From a virus (taxonomy: Duplodnaviria; Caudoviricetes): a stretch of DNA of 35,157 nt. Below the pieces are notes generated by a model. It saw only the letters and a list, made by a program, of their open reading frames with translations. It made no database searches and was not told the origin of the DNA. The stretch's first letter is position 1. Every line of letters begins with the position of its first letter. The stretch is taken from IMG/VR virus record IMGVR_UViG_3300022741_000058, positions 1 to 35,157 of that record, one strand, 5' to 3'. This document shows positions 26,248 through 34,791 of this stretch, piece after piece. The position numbers were made by a program, and so were the translations under genes.

Positions 26248-27270
26248 ATGGACATTCAAGACATTCTAAATTTACTGGCTGAGTTTGATGGTAACAACCA
26301 CCAGGCACTTGCCAAAAAATATCGTGTAAGCCTGACTGCGGTTTACCAAATAATCAAGCGTGCAGTAGGCGCGGTTGGTACCTTAGATAAACTCAAACAA
26401 CAAACCGCAGAAACCGAAGCCAAGTTTACTCGCGGTGCCACATTACTGCAGCTTTTTAGTCAGTTTCAGGATCTGGGTTACCTGACTTTCCGCCCTCTAT
26501 TACCTGCGGAATCCACACACCGTGGCCTAGCAGTGTTCTTTTCACACTCTCAAGCACTTCCAACTGATCGCCTTTCAAGTCAGCCAGTATCGCAAAGCCG
26601 TCCAGAGCAAGCACAAGACTCTCCTGACTCGTCACATCCTTCTGAACCAGATGTGTCATCAGCGCTACAACCGCGCCCTGTAAACCAGAAATGCGATTGT
26701 TCAGGTACTCATAAACCGGATCAGACATCTATGTCTCCCTTCACTTTATTGTTGGGGCGCTTGACCGAATTACTTGGCGCTGAAATCGCCGCAAAATTAG
26801 TTCACGATTTTCAGGGCGCAATTGTTCAATTTCCTATTACAAGCCATTACACGGCACCTTGCACCAACACTCATATTGTCCGCCGAGTTAGTGTCCGCAT
26901 GTCAGTCACTTTAGATGGGAAGGAGTACGACGTATCTCATCTACCTAAAGCCATGGTTGGCGACCTCATATCTATCAAGCCTTCGGAGCTTCGTCCTCTT
27001 CAGACATTTGGCTTTCATGCAAACGTTGAAGCGCCTCTTCAGGCGAAAACCCACGACGATGAAACGAGTCAAGCAGTATCTGATCAGCCAAACCAATTAC
27101 ATGACCATGTACAGCCTCTCGCATGCCGCGCTTATGCAACCCGTCTGCACCAATGCGTAAGCGCGCTTGAAGCCGCTGCGAATCTAATACGCCGTGTGTT
27201 TCAAGTGCTTCCGCCAAAGCGCGGTACGCAAAGTAAAGGGCACCCAAGTGATCCTGCATCTCTTGATTAG
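26248..27270 (+). CDS. Mosaic ORF with a Mor-like HTH N-terminus
   Basis: FDGNNHQALAKKYRVSLTAVYQIIK resembles the phage's own Mor (FTGNNHRALAKEYDLVDRAIYKIVK); the rest overlaps two antisense ORFs. Confidence 0.55.
   Translation: MDIQDILNLLAEFDGNNHQALAKKYRVSLTAVYQIIKRAVGAVGTLDKLKQQTAETEAKFTRGATLLQLFSQFQDLGYLTFRPLLPAESTHRGLAVFFSHSQALPTDRLSSQPVSQSRPEQAQDSPDSSHPSEPDVSSALQPRPVNQKCDCSGTHKPDQTSMSPFTLLLGRLTELLGAEIAAKLVHDFQGAIVQFPITSHYTAPCTNTHIVRRVSVRMSVTLDGKEYDVSHLPKAMVGDLISIKPSELRPLQTFGFHANVEAPLQAKTHDDETSQAVSDQPNQLHDHVQPLACRAYATRLHQCVSALEAAANLIRRVFQVLPPKRGTQSKGHPSDPASLD
26456..26728 (-). CDS. Antisense hypothetical protein, 90 aa
   Basis: AAGGGAG RBS; amphipathic helices; VIEGGK motif near the C-terminus. 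Confidence 0.6.
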   Translation of the reverse strand: MSDPVYEYLNNRISGLQGAVVALMTHLVQKDVTSQESLVLALDGFAILADLKGDQLEVLESVKRTLLGHGVWIPQVIEGGKSGNPDPETD

Positions 27271-27274
27271 TCAT
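26975..27274 (-). CDS. Antisense hypothetical protein, 99 aa
   Basis: Helical, protein-like composition (ALAEALETHGVLD); GGGA upstream of the ATG. Confidence 0.55.
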   Translation of the reverse strand: MTNQEMQDHLGALYFAYRALAEALETHGVLDSQRLQARLRIGADGLHKRGMREAVHGHVIGLADQILLDSFHRRGFSPEEALQRLHESQMSEEDEAPKA

Positions 27275-27393
27275 AACTGTTTCCCGTAAGTGAATTTAAC
27301 AGTGCCCATTATCCAGAGCGTAACTGATTTGCCTAGACACAAAAATGATTTTTGTTTGGAACAAGTAAGAACTGAATTTTTAGGAGGCCGCCA

Positions 27394-27879
27394 ATGAGCC
27401 GCCGCAATTGGAAGAAGGTACGCGCAACCTCGCTAAGGCACGCACTGGAGTTGTGTAAAGACCATGCCAAAGAGAAGCGCAACTTTAGTGTGGAACGCAT
27501 AGCAGAAGAAATGGGTGAAGCGGACTACTGGACGCTCTATAAGTGGCTTCAAAACGGACGCATGCCGGCGGTGCAAATACCGGCCTATGAAGCGGCATGC
27601 GGTATTGATTTTGTAACGCGCTGGCTCGCAACACGGGGCGGAAAACTTTTAATAGATGTGCCTACTGGCCGCAAATTAAAAGCCACTGATGTAGCGGAAT
27701 TACAAACACAGCTGCATTCAGTGGTAGGTGATTTATTAAATTTTTACCAGGGCAATAGCAATGCAGAACAAGCACTGGCAGCGATTACCCACAGCATGGA
27801 ATCACTTGCCTGGCACAAGGGAAATGTTGAGCAACACGAACAACCGCAATTAGAACTTGGAGATAACAACAATGAGTAA
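27394..27879 (+). CDS. Conserved early regulatory protein of Mu-like phages (CII-like HTH)
   Basis: MSRRNWK...SLRHALELCKDHA...SVERIA..MG...LYKW; AGGAGG RBS. Confidence 0.8.
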   Translation: MSRRNWKKVRATSLRHALELCKDHAKEKRNFSVERIAEEMGEADYWTLYKWLQNGRMPAVQIPAYEAACGIDFVTRWLATRGGKLLIDVPTGRKLKATDVAELQTQLHSVVGDLLNFYQGNSNAEQALAAITHSMESLAWHKGNVEQHEQPQLELGDNNNE

Positions 27880-28147
27880 ACAACCTGAAATAAAAATTCC
27901 TGTAGCGGGTGGCCACTGGCAACTCCTTGCACACGCGCCATACCAAAATGACCCGATGGGATATAGCGCACATTTGTACATCGCAGATTTACCTATATGC
28001 CACGCGTTCAGCTTTGAGGGTGCTGAATTTGACGGAGGTACTTTAATGCTTGGTCACACGCACATTGAGCTGAATGAAGAGGCCGCTCAACAAGTAGTGA
28101 AGTTCTTGGCTGACACAGCAGCTTATATAACCGGTGAAGCAGCATGA
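27872..28147 (+). CDS. Hypothetical protein
   Basis: GGAG RBS; overlaps both neighbours. Confidence 0.7.
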   Translation: MSKQPEIKIPVAGGHWQLLAHAPYQNDPMGYSAHLYIADLPICHAFSFEGAEFDGGTLMLGHTHIELNEEAAQQVVKFLADTAAYITGEAA

Positions 28148-28455
28148 ACCACAAAGGCAGAACAACCGAAAGCGGCACCAAAGTTTTAAACGTGTTGATT
28201 GCACTCAAGGGTCACACATTAACAGGCCTCAGTAATGGCGAATTAGCAAAAGCATTGAAGGAAAGCCCTTCAACCATTAACCGTTGTTTAAACACATTAA
28301 TTGAAGCGGGTTTGGCCATTCAATTAGACAGTGGACGCTTTGCGCACAGCGTAATGCTTTTACAAATTGCACAAGCTTATGCCAACGATATTGCACGCAC
28401 ACAGAGCCGAATTGCTGAATTGCAGCAACGTGTATCTGCCGGTGCAAATTATTAA
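28144..28455 (+). CDS. IclR-type winged HTH protein
   Basis: LKGHTLTGLSNGELAKAL.ESPSTINRCLNTLIEAG. Confidence 0.85.
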   Translation: MNHKGRTTESGTKVLNVLIALKGHTLTGLSNGELAKALKESPSTINRCLNTLIEAGLAIQLDSGRFAHSVMLLQIAQAYANDIARTQSRIAELQQRVSAGANY

Positions 28456-28483
28456 TCACTCACTTTAACCATTGGAGATAGTT

Positions 28484-29437
28484 ATGACAGAAGTAAAAAT
28501 CGGAAAGGCACCACGTCATATAACGCAGAAAGATAAAGATGAATATCTGGCTACCAAAAAAGATAAAGCTCCTAAAAGTAATGTAGTTATTGAGCAAGAC
28601 GAAACTCAAATGGATTTAGAAGAAACGATTGCAACAAGCACACAGCAAATGGCGGAACATACCACGCAAATTATGAATACGTTTGGTGATGGTCTTGTGT
28701 ATGAGCGCAATCGCATTGTGGGTGAAGCACGTTTCTTTATGGCGCAATCTGCTGACGCAATGCTGGAAGCAGGCAAACGCTTAATTGTGTTGAAAGAGAA
28801 TGAACCGCACGGTGAGTTCGCTGAAATTCTTGTATCTCAACTGGGAATTGAAACTCGCATAGCTCAGAAGATGATGCAGGCCGCACTCAAGTTTTTGTCT
28901 CCAAAACTTGGATCAAATGCGAAATCGATTTCGCATTTGGGTAAAACAAAACTCTACGACCTTATGCTTTTGGATGATGACTCAATAGTTGAATTAACTG
29001 AAGGCGGGACTGTTGCAGGTTTAACCCTCGACAAAATTGAATCAATGTCTTGTGGGGAGTTACGCAAAGCTCTGCGCGAAGCACGCGAAGATATTACCGC
29101 TAAAAACGAAGTGATCGCCGACAAAAGCGGCAAGATCGACGAACTTTCTACCAGCCTTCGAAAAATAAAACGCATCAGTGCGGACAATCAAATCCTAAAC
29201 GCACGCAAAGAAGTTGCCTCACTTGAAGGCGAAGTGGAAGAGCGCATTCGCGTTCAACTGAGAAGCGCTTTTAACGAGCTGCAAGATTTAGCTGGGCATA
29301 CAGGCACCCACGACCACATCGATTTTATTTCCTCGCAACTCGACTTACTTGACCGCGCACTTTTGCAATTGCGTGCAGAGCTGGGAATTGAGCGCACTCA
29401 ATTAACAACTGCTCCTGATTGGGAGAACGACCAGTAA
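28484..29437 (+). CDS. DUF3102-domain early protein upstream of the transposase
   Basis: LEAGKRLIVLKENEPHGEF...LGI..R.AQKMMQAA.KF...LGKTKLYDL...MS..ELR.ALRE; coiled-coil C-terminus. Confidence 0.8.
   Translation: MTEVKIGKAPRHITQKDKDEYLATKKDKAPKSNVVIEQDETQMDLEETIATSTQQMAEHTTQIMNTFGDGLVYERNRIVGEARFFMAQSADAMLEAGKRLIVLKENEPHGEFAEILVSQLGIETRIAQKMMQAALKFLSPKLGSNAKSISHLGKTKLYDLMLLDDDSIVELTEGGTVAGLTLDKIESMSCGELRKALREAREDITAKNEVIADKSGKIDELSTSLRKIKRISADNQILNARKEVASLEGEVEERIRVQLRSAFNELQDLAGHTGTHDHIDFISSQLDLLDRALLQLRAELGIERTQLTTAPDWENDQ
28914..28939. repeat. Perfect 26-bp palindrome inside the DUF3102 gene
   Basis: CAAATGCGAAATC|GATTTCGCATTTG, encoding SNAKSISHL. Confidence 0.95.
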
Positions 29438-31200
29438 TGAATCCTGCGCTGATAGAAAGCCTTCAAGCCGTTGCCCGCGCTGCCGAGGCAGCTGGGCATG
29501 GCAAAAAAAGCGCCGTCTATCAACAGGCGGCAAATGAAATGGGAATGTCATTGGCAACCCTGCATAAAAAACTGAGTGAAGTCGCTATGAAAAAGCAACG
29601 CAAAAAACGTGCAGATTCTGGTGAAATAAATTTAACACTGGATGATGCCCGCATGATTAGCGCTTACCTCAGTGAAAGCTCGCGCAATAACGGAAAACGT
29701 TTGGCCAGCATTAAAACTGCAATAGAAGTATTGCGTGCAAATGGTGAGATCACCGCAACGCGCTTAGATGAAAACACAGGTGAACTTGTGCCATTAAGCG
29801 AGAGCGCAATCGCACGCGGTTTACGCCACTACGGGTTGCACCTGGATCAACAATCGCGTCCAACACCCAAAATAAGTTTAGCAAGTTTGCACCCAAATCA
29901 TGTGTGGCAAATTGACCCATCACTTTGTGTTCTTTATTACCTGCGCAATGCAAAAGGTTTGCAGGTAATGAATGAAAAAGAGTTCTACAAAAACAAACCC
30001 GCGAACATTGCAAAAATCGAAAACGAACGCATTTGGCGTTACGTCATTACCGATCACACCAGTGGCTGGATATTTGTTTATTACGTATTGGGTGCAGAGA
30101 GCGGCAAAAATTTAGTTGAAGCTTTTATTGCTGCAACACAAAAGCGCCACGCACAAGACCCCGTGCACGGCATACCAAAAATGGTGATGGTTGACCCCGG
30201 CAGCGCTAATACCGGCGCTGTATTTAATAACCTGTGCCGCGCGCTTGGCGTTCACGTGCAAGTGAATGAACCAGGTCAACCATGGGCCAAAGGCCAGGTA
30301 GAAAAGGCTAACGATATTGTTGAATGCGAATTCGAACATTGCATGAAATTTTTGGCAAAACCACCAACAACCCTGGAAGAAATTAATGACCTTGCATGGC
30401 GTTGGATGCGCAATTTCAACGCAACAAAAATTCACACTCGCACCGGCCAACCACGCTATGCGGTGTGGATGAAAATTACCGCAGAACAATTGGTATTTGC
30501 ACCGCCAGAACAAGTAATGCGTGAACTTGCGATTAGCCACCCAGTAAGCCGCAAAGTATCACCGCAATTGGAAATTCAATTCGAAGGCAGAACTTACAGC
30601 GTTAAAGAAATTCCACACGCGGCAGTTGGTGAAAAGTTATTTGTAACGCGTAACCCATGGCGAGCAGATGGCAGTAGTGCTCAGGTGATTTACACCAACG
30701 AAGAAGGCCGCACCGTTATTCAAGTTGTTGAAGCTATCAAAGTAAATGATTTCGGCTTTGATATTTCAGCACCAGTCATTGGCGAAGAATATAAAAGTCA
30801 CGGTGACTCTTATATCGATACTGAACGCAAACGTGTTGAACGTTTGGTGATGGATGCACCAACAGATGAAGAGTCCAAAAAGAATCGCAAAGCCAAAAAA
30901 GTACCTTTTGGTGGCCGCATAAACCCTATGAAACCTATCGACGATACGCCGCTGGTTGATTACCTCAGCAAGCGCGGAACTGCGTCTGAAGTTGTTGCGC
31001 CAATGGTTGAAGACGTGCGCATGACACACGTTGCTGCCGCTAAAAAATTAGCTGCTCGTTTGGGCAATGCCTGGAATGGCAGCGAGCATTTTCCCTGGAT
31101 TAAACAAGCCTATCCCAATGGCATTTTGGAAGCAGAATTGAGCGATATCGCTCACCAACTGCAGCAGGTAAACCAACCAGCGCTGCGTTTAATTAAATAA
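29437..31200 (+). CDS. DDE transposase (MuA analogue)
   Basis: RKKRADSG, WQID, VDPGSA, AKGQVE catalytic motifs; TAATG coupling. Confidence 0.93.
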   Translation: MNPALIESLQAVARAAEAAGHGKKSAVYQQAANEMGMSLATLHKKLSEVAMKKQRKKRADSGEINLTLDDARMISAYLSESSRNNGKRLASIKTAIEVLRANGEITATRLDENTGELVPLSESAIARGLRHYGLHLDQQSRPTPKISLASLHPNHVWQIDPSLCVLYYLRNAKGLQVMNEKEFYKNKPANIAKIENERIWRYVITDHTSGWIFVYYVLGAESGKNLVEAFIAATQKRHAQDPVHGIPKMVMVDPGSANTGAVFNNLCRALGVHVQVNEPGQPWAKGQVEKANDIVECEFEHCMKFLAKPPTTLEEINDLAWRWMRNFNATKIHTRTGQPRYAVWMKITAEQLVFAPPEQVMRELAISHPVSRKVSPQLEIQFEGRTYSVKEIPHAAVGEKLFVTRNPWRADGSSAQVIYTNEEGRTVIQVVEAIKVNDFGFDISAPVIGEEYKSHGDSYIDTERKRVERLVMDAPTDEESKKNRKAKKVPFGGRINPMKPIDDTPLVDYLSKRGTASEVVAPMVEDVRMTHVAAAKKLAARLGNAWNGSEHFPWIKQAYPNGILEAELSDIAHQLQQVNQPALRLIK

Positions 31201-31255
31201 GCCAATTGGCTTAAACGGGTATCGAGCTGTTGCCCCAAAAATACGGAGTTACATC

Positions 31256-32434
31256 ATGCTTGCTTTGAAAAAAACGCTTACCGATATTGAAGTTTTGCAA
31301 ACCCAACTCGCAATTCATTGCGGCGTTAGCCCTGCAACAATCGCCCAACTGATTAACCATAACCTGTGGCCTAAAACGGAAGAAAAGGCAAAGGCATTGC
31401 GCGCAAAAATACTGGATTTTTTACAGACATTTGATGCGGCGAATGAAAGTGTTTTTGAGGTGGTGACCACAGAACCGGTTAAGCGTTTGCAGTCAATTCC
31501 GCAGCCTACCAAACAATCATCTAATAACACACAGCCCCAAGAGGACGACCATATGCTTTTACGCCGCCAGTCATTAACACCTGCTGCAAAACGCCATTTT
31601 ATGTTAACGCGCAATCCGTTTGATGATTTACAAAGTGCAGATGATATGTGGGTGAGTCCTGATATTCGTTACGTGCGCGAGTGTATGTTAACTACTGCAA
31701 AACACGGCGGCTTTTTAGCGGTTATCGGTGAAAGCGGTAGCGGTAAAACCACCGTACTTACCGATTTAGAGCAACGCATTATTAGCGATAAATTGCCCAT
31801 CATTATTATTAAACCTTACGTGCTTGCGGCAGAAGAAACCGACCACAAAGGTACTATGTTAAAGAGTGCGCACGTTGCCGAATCCATACTGCGCAACCTC
31901 GCACCAAACGCACCAGTGCGCATTTCACCTGAAGCCCGTTTTAAGCAATTACACAACGCATTAATTGACTCGCACAACGCGGGTTACTCGCATTGCCTTG
32001 TAATTGAAGAAGCGCACAGCATGCCAATCACAAGCTTAAAACATTTAAAACGCATTCTCGAATTGCAAGTTGGTTTTACCAAATTGGTGAGCGTTATTTT
32101 AATTGGGCAGCCTGAATTAATGGTGAAACTTAGTGAGCGAAATGCGGAGGTTCGTGAAGTTGTTCAACGTTGTGAAGTTGCCACTTTGCAGCCAATGGCA
32201 CCACAACTTCTTGAAGAGTTTTTAGCCTATCGTTTTAACCGTATTGGTAAAAAACTGAATGAAGCTATTGATAAAAGCGGCATAACTCAAATCACAGAAC
32301 GTTTAATTTCCAAAAGTAAGGCCAGTCAACTTTATCCGCTCGCTGTGGGCAACTTCATGATCGCTGCGATGAATATTGCTGCCAATGTTGGCTCCAAAAT
32401 TATCGATGCTGAAATTATTGACGAGGTGGTGTGA
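31256..32434 (+). CDS. Transposition ATPase (MuB analogue, ExeA-like AAA+) with N-terminal HTH
   Basis: Walker A GESGSGKT, Walker B LVIEEAH, LIGQPEL. Confidence 0.92.
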   Translation: MLALKKTLTDIEVLQTQLAIHCGVSPATIAQLINHNLWPKTEEKAKALRAKILDFLQTFDAANESVFEVVTTEPVKRLQSIPQPTKQSSNNTQPQEDDHMLLRRQSLTPAAKRHFMLTRNPFDDLQSADDMWVSPDIRYVRECMLTTAKHGGFLAVIGESGSGKTTVLTDLEQRIISDKLPIIIIKPYVLAAEETDHKGTMLKSAHVAESILRNLAPNAPVRISPEARFKQLHNALIDSHNAGYSHCLVIEEAHSMPITSLKHLKRILELQVGFTKLVSVILIGQPELMVKLSERNAEVREVVQRCEVATLQPMAPQLLEEFLAYRFNRIGKKLNEAIDKSGITQITERLISKSKASQLYPLAVGNFMIAAMNIAANVGSKIIDAEIIDEVV

Positions 32435-32739
32435 TGGTTGAGACGGCTGAAAAATCGCCGTCCATTCTTTTGCAGCGCGCGGACGCCGTTCACCGCGCAA
32501 TTAAAGAATTGGAGCGTGAGCGTTACGAGATTAAAGATATTTCTATCACCGAATTTGGTGCGGTTGTAATGCTAAAAGAAACACCGAATTGCATCAAATT
32601 ATTAGCGCGTGAGAGTGGCGTTATTAATACACCTCAAGGCCGCTACACGGTGATGCAAATGAAAATATTTGGTGTGTATGTGCAATGGCTTCGCCCATTT
32701 TGCATACGTGTAATTAACCCATCGTCGAAGGTGCATTAA
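32431..32739 (+). CDS. Hypothetical protein
   Basis: GTGA overlap with the B gene; GV.VQW motif. Confidence 0.7.
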   Translation: MMVETAEKSPSILLQRADAVHRAIKELERERYEIKDISITEFGAVVMLKETPNCIKLLARESGVINTPQGRYTVMQMKIFGVYVQWLRPFCIRVINPSSKVH

Positions 32740-32975
32740 TGAATACCATGAATATTGGTTATCAAAAATCCGATATGGACGCTGCCGAAAAAATGGTGCG
32801 CCTACATTTGGAAAAACTGAAAAAACACATCGACTCCAATGAATGGCCGTTGGTGTGTAGCGATCTGCGTGCAATTGAAGGTGAAGTACAGCACGCAAAT
32901 CGCATTGCAGCAACGCTTAGTTTTAACGCACGTAACAATCAACCTCTGCCACGCATTTCGCGCGGCAAACTTTAA
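32739..32975 (+). CDS. Hypothetical protein
   Basis: TAATG coupling; 78 aa. Confidence 0.7.
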   Translation: MNTMNIGYQKSDMDAAEKMVRLHLEKLKKHIDSNEWPLVCSDLRAIEGEVQHANRIAATLSFNARNNQPLPRISRGKL

Positions 32976-32991
32976 ATAACGAGGATTCAAC

Positions 32992-33612
32992 ATGAGTGAA
33001 GAACAAATCCCGGACGGATATTTGAAAGATGCAAAGGGGCGCCTGGTGCCAATTGCTACCGTCAAACCTATTGATCTTGAGCGCGATCATATGGTGAGAA
33101 AGATCATTAACAGCTCAAAATTTTTAAGCTATCAATTGCAGCAACTTAAAGCCTCTGTGTTTGGTGATATCGAAGCATTTATTGATTTGTCAATTGAACA
33201 ATACGGCGCTAAAAAAGCTGGTGGTTCAAAGGGCAATCTCACGCTCTATTCATTTGATGGCAAGTACAAAATTCAGCGCGCGAATCAGGATTTTATTACG
33301 TTCGATGAACGTTTGCAGGCTGCGAAAATTTTAATTGATGAATGCTTGCAGGAGTGGAGCAAAGATTCTCACCCTGGGCTTGTAATGATGGTGAACGATG
33401 CATTTAGAGCCGACGCACAAGGTGAATTACGCACTGCACGTGTGCTTGCATTGCGCCGTCACGAAATCAATGACGATCGCTGGAAACGCGCTATGGATGC
33501 GATTGGTGATGCATTGCAGGTATGCGGCTCTAAAACCTATATCCGCGTGTATGAACGTGTCGGGATGACCGATGAGTACAAACAAATTGCTTTAGATATC
33601 GCAGGTGTTTGA
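32992..33612 (+). CDS. DUF3164 family protein
   Basis: IPDGY.KDAKGRLVP...KGNLTLYSFDG...FDERLQAAK.LIDEC...W..AMDAI...SKTYIRVYER. Confidence 0.88.
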   Translation: MSEEQIPDGYLKDAKGRLVPIATVKPIDLERDHMVRKIINSSKFLSYQLQQLKASVFGDIEAFIDLSIEQYGAKKAGGSKGNLTLYSFDGKYKIQRANQDFITFDERLQAAKILIDECLQEWSKDSHPGLVMMVNDAFRADAQGELRTARVLALRRHEINDDRWKRAMDAIGDALQVCGSKTYIRVYERVGMTDEYKQIALDIAGV

Positions 33613-33836
33613 TGAGTGATGACGCAGATATCGCTTCGCAAATTGAAGCGGAAAACTTGGCAGTAATTTTGGCTAATCGCCCGAGAAATATGTCGGGCAT
33701 TAGCGTGGTAGATTGTTTTGAATGCGACACACCGATACCACAAGCACGACGTGCCGCTTTACCAGGTGTTCAAACTTGCGTGCAGTGCGCGCAATTAAAT
33801 GAAGACACTCAAAAATTCAAAATGGGGAAATTCTAA
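33612..33836 (+). CDS. TraR/DksA C4-type zinc-finger protein
   Basis: DDADIA...CFECDTPIPQARR.ALPGV.TCVQCA. Confidence 0.9.
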   Translation: MSDDADIASQIEAENLAVILANRPRNMSGISVVDCFECDTPIPQARRAALPGVQTCVQCAQLNEDTQKFKMGKF

Positions 33837-33973
33837 TGCACAGTTTATCCAGGTGTTATTTGATTTTTGGTGTAGTGATCGTTGTGGCACTTGCAGCGCT
33901 TTTCATTTACGGCTTGATTACCGATTGCCCGGATACGGCTAGTTATTTTAATTGTTCAGCGGTGAAAAAATGA
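33836..33973 (+). CDS. 45-aa single-TM peptide (absent from the ORF track)
   Basis: MHSLSRCYLIFGVVIVVALAALFIYGLITDCPDTASYFNCSAVKK; TAATG and ATGA overlaps. Confidence 0.65.
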   Translation: MHSLSRCYLIFGVVIVVALAALFIYGLITDCPDTASYFNCSAVKK

Positions 33974-34161
33974 AACGCAAGTTATCACTCTCAATTGAAG
34001 AGGCGGCAGCTTTGTACTTCAACCTGAAGCTCGTTTCTGATGCCTGTATCTCAGGCACAGGCAATGATGAATTGGATCGTCAGCGTCAAACCATGCAGGA
34101 ACGAATTTTAAAACTTTATCCTGAAATTAAAGAAATTTTGACTACAGGGAAATCAATTTAG
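33970..34161 (+). CDS. Hypothetical protein, 63 aa
   Basis: MKRKLSL...; ATGA coupling. Confidence 0.65.
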   Translation: MKRKLSLSIEEAAALYFNLKLVSDACISGTGNDELDRQRQTMQERILKLYPEIKEILTTGKSI

Positions 34162-34329
34162 ATGAATACTCAAGATCAATGCAGCAGAAAGAAGTGCAGT
34201 TGGTTTGGTACCGACGATGACAAAAAGAAGATGCGCAATCGCAAGCTATCTCGGGGCGGTATTACTGTGAATGATTTAGTTTGTCCTAAATGCGGTTGTA
34301 AAACTTTTTATGAGCTGAGTGCTAAATAA
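34162..34329 (+). CDS. 55-aa zinc-ribbon-like protein (absent from the ORF track)
   Basis: CSRKKCSWFG...VCPKCGCKTFY; abuts the upstream stop and has a TAATG overlap with gemA. Confidence 0.7.
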   Translation: MNTQDQCSRKKCSWFGTDDDKKKMRNRKLSRGGITVNDLVCPKCGCKTFYELSAK

Positions 34330-34790
34330 TGGCCGCAAAACACGAAGCAGAACGCTTGCGGCTCATCAAACTAATCCATGTAGGTCGTCGTGAATTAAAT
34401 ATGGATGAAGAATCCTATCGCGCAATGCTTTCCAATATGCCGGAATTGGAAGGGGCTACCTCTACAGCGAAATTGTCAGTTCCAAAACTCAAGTTGGTTT
34501 TGGAACTGCTAAAAACCAAGGGGTTCAAGGTCACTCCAAAAGCTAAAAATTCGGTGAAAAAACCGCGCAAAATTGATTTAAAACAGGCCGATGATGCTCA
34601 AAGCCGTTTAATCCGCCATCTTTGGTTAGAACTTCATACGATAGGTGCGGTGCGTGATTCTTCAGAAGTAGCCTTGAGCCGTTATGTGTTTCGCATCACC
34701 CAAGTAAACGCTTTGCAATGGCTAGATTCAAACCAAGCTAGCCGAGTAATTGAATCACTAAAGAAGTGGCATAAACGAGTAGCGGAGTGA
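34329..34790 (+). CDS. gemA: GemA / Mu gp16 (DUF1018) family protein
   Basis: LIKLIHVGRREL.MDEESYR..L...IRHLW.EL...AL..YV.R...VIESLKKW. Confidence 0.9.
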   Translation: MAAKHEAERLRLIKLIHVGRRELNMDEESYRAMLSNMPELEGATSTAKLSVPKLKLVLELLKTKGFKVTPKAKNSVKKPRKIDLKQADDAQSRLIRHLWLELHTIGAVRDSSEVALSRYVFRITQVNALQWLDSNQASRVIESLKKWHKRVAE

Positions 34791-34791
34791 G

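Noticed and set aside
31198-31213. 16-bp palindrome TAAGCCAATTGGCTTA after the transposase stop
   Set aside because: Single copy, no U-tract, unrelated to the 24-bp family; no function can be supported
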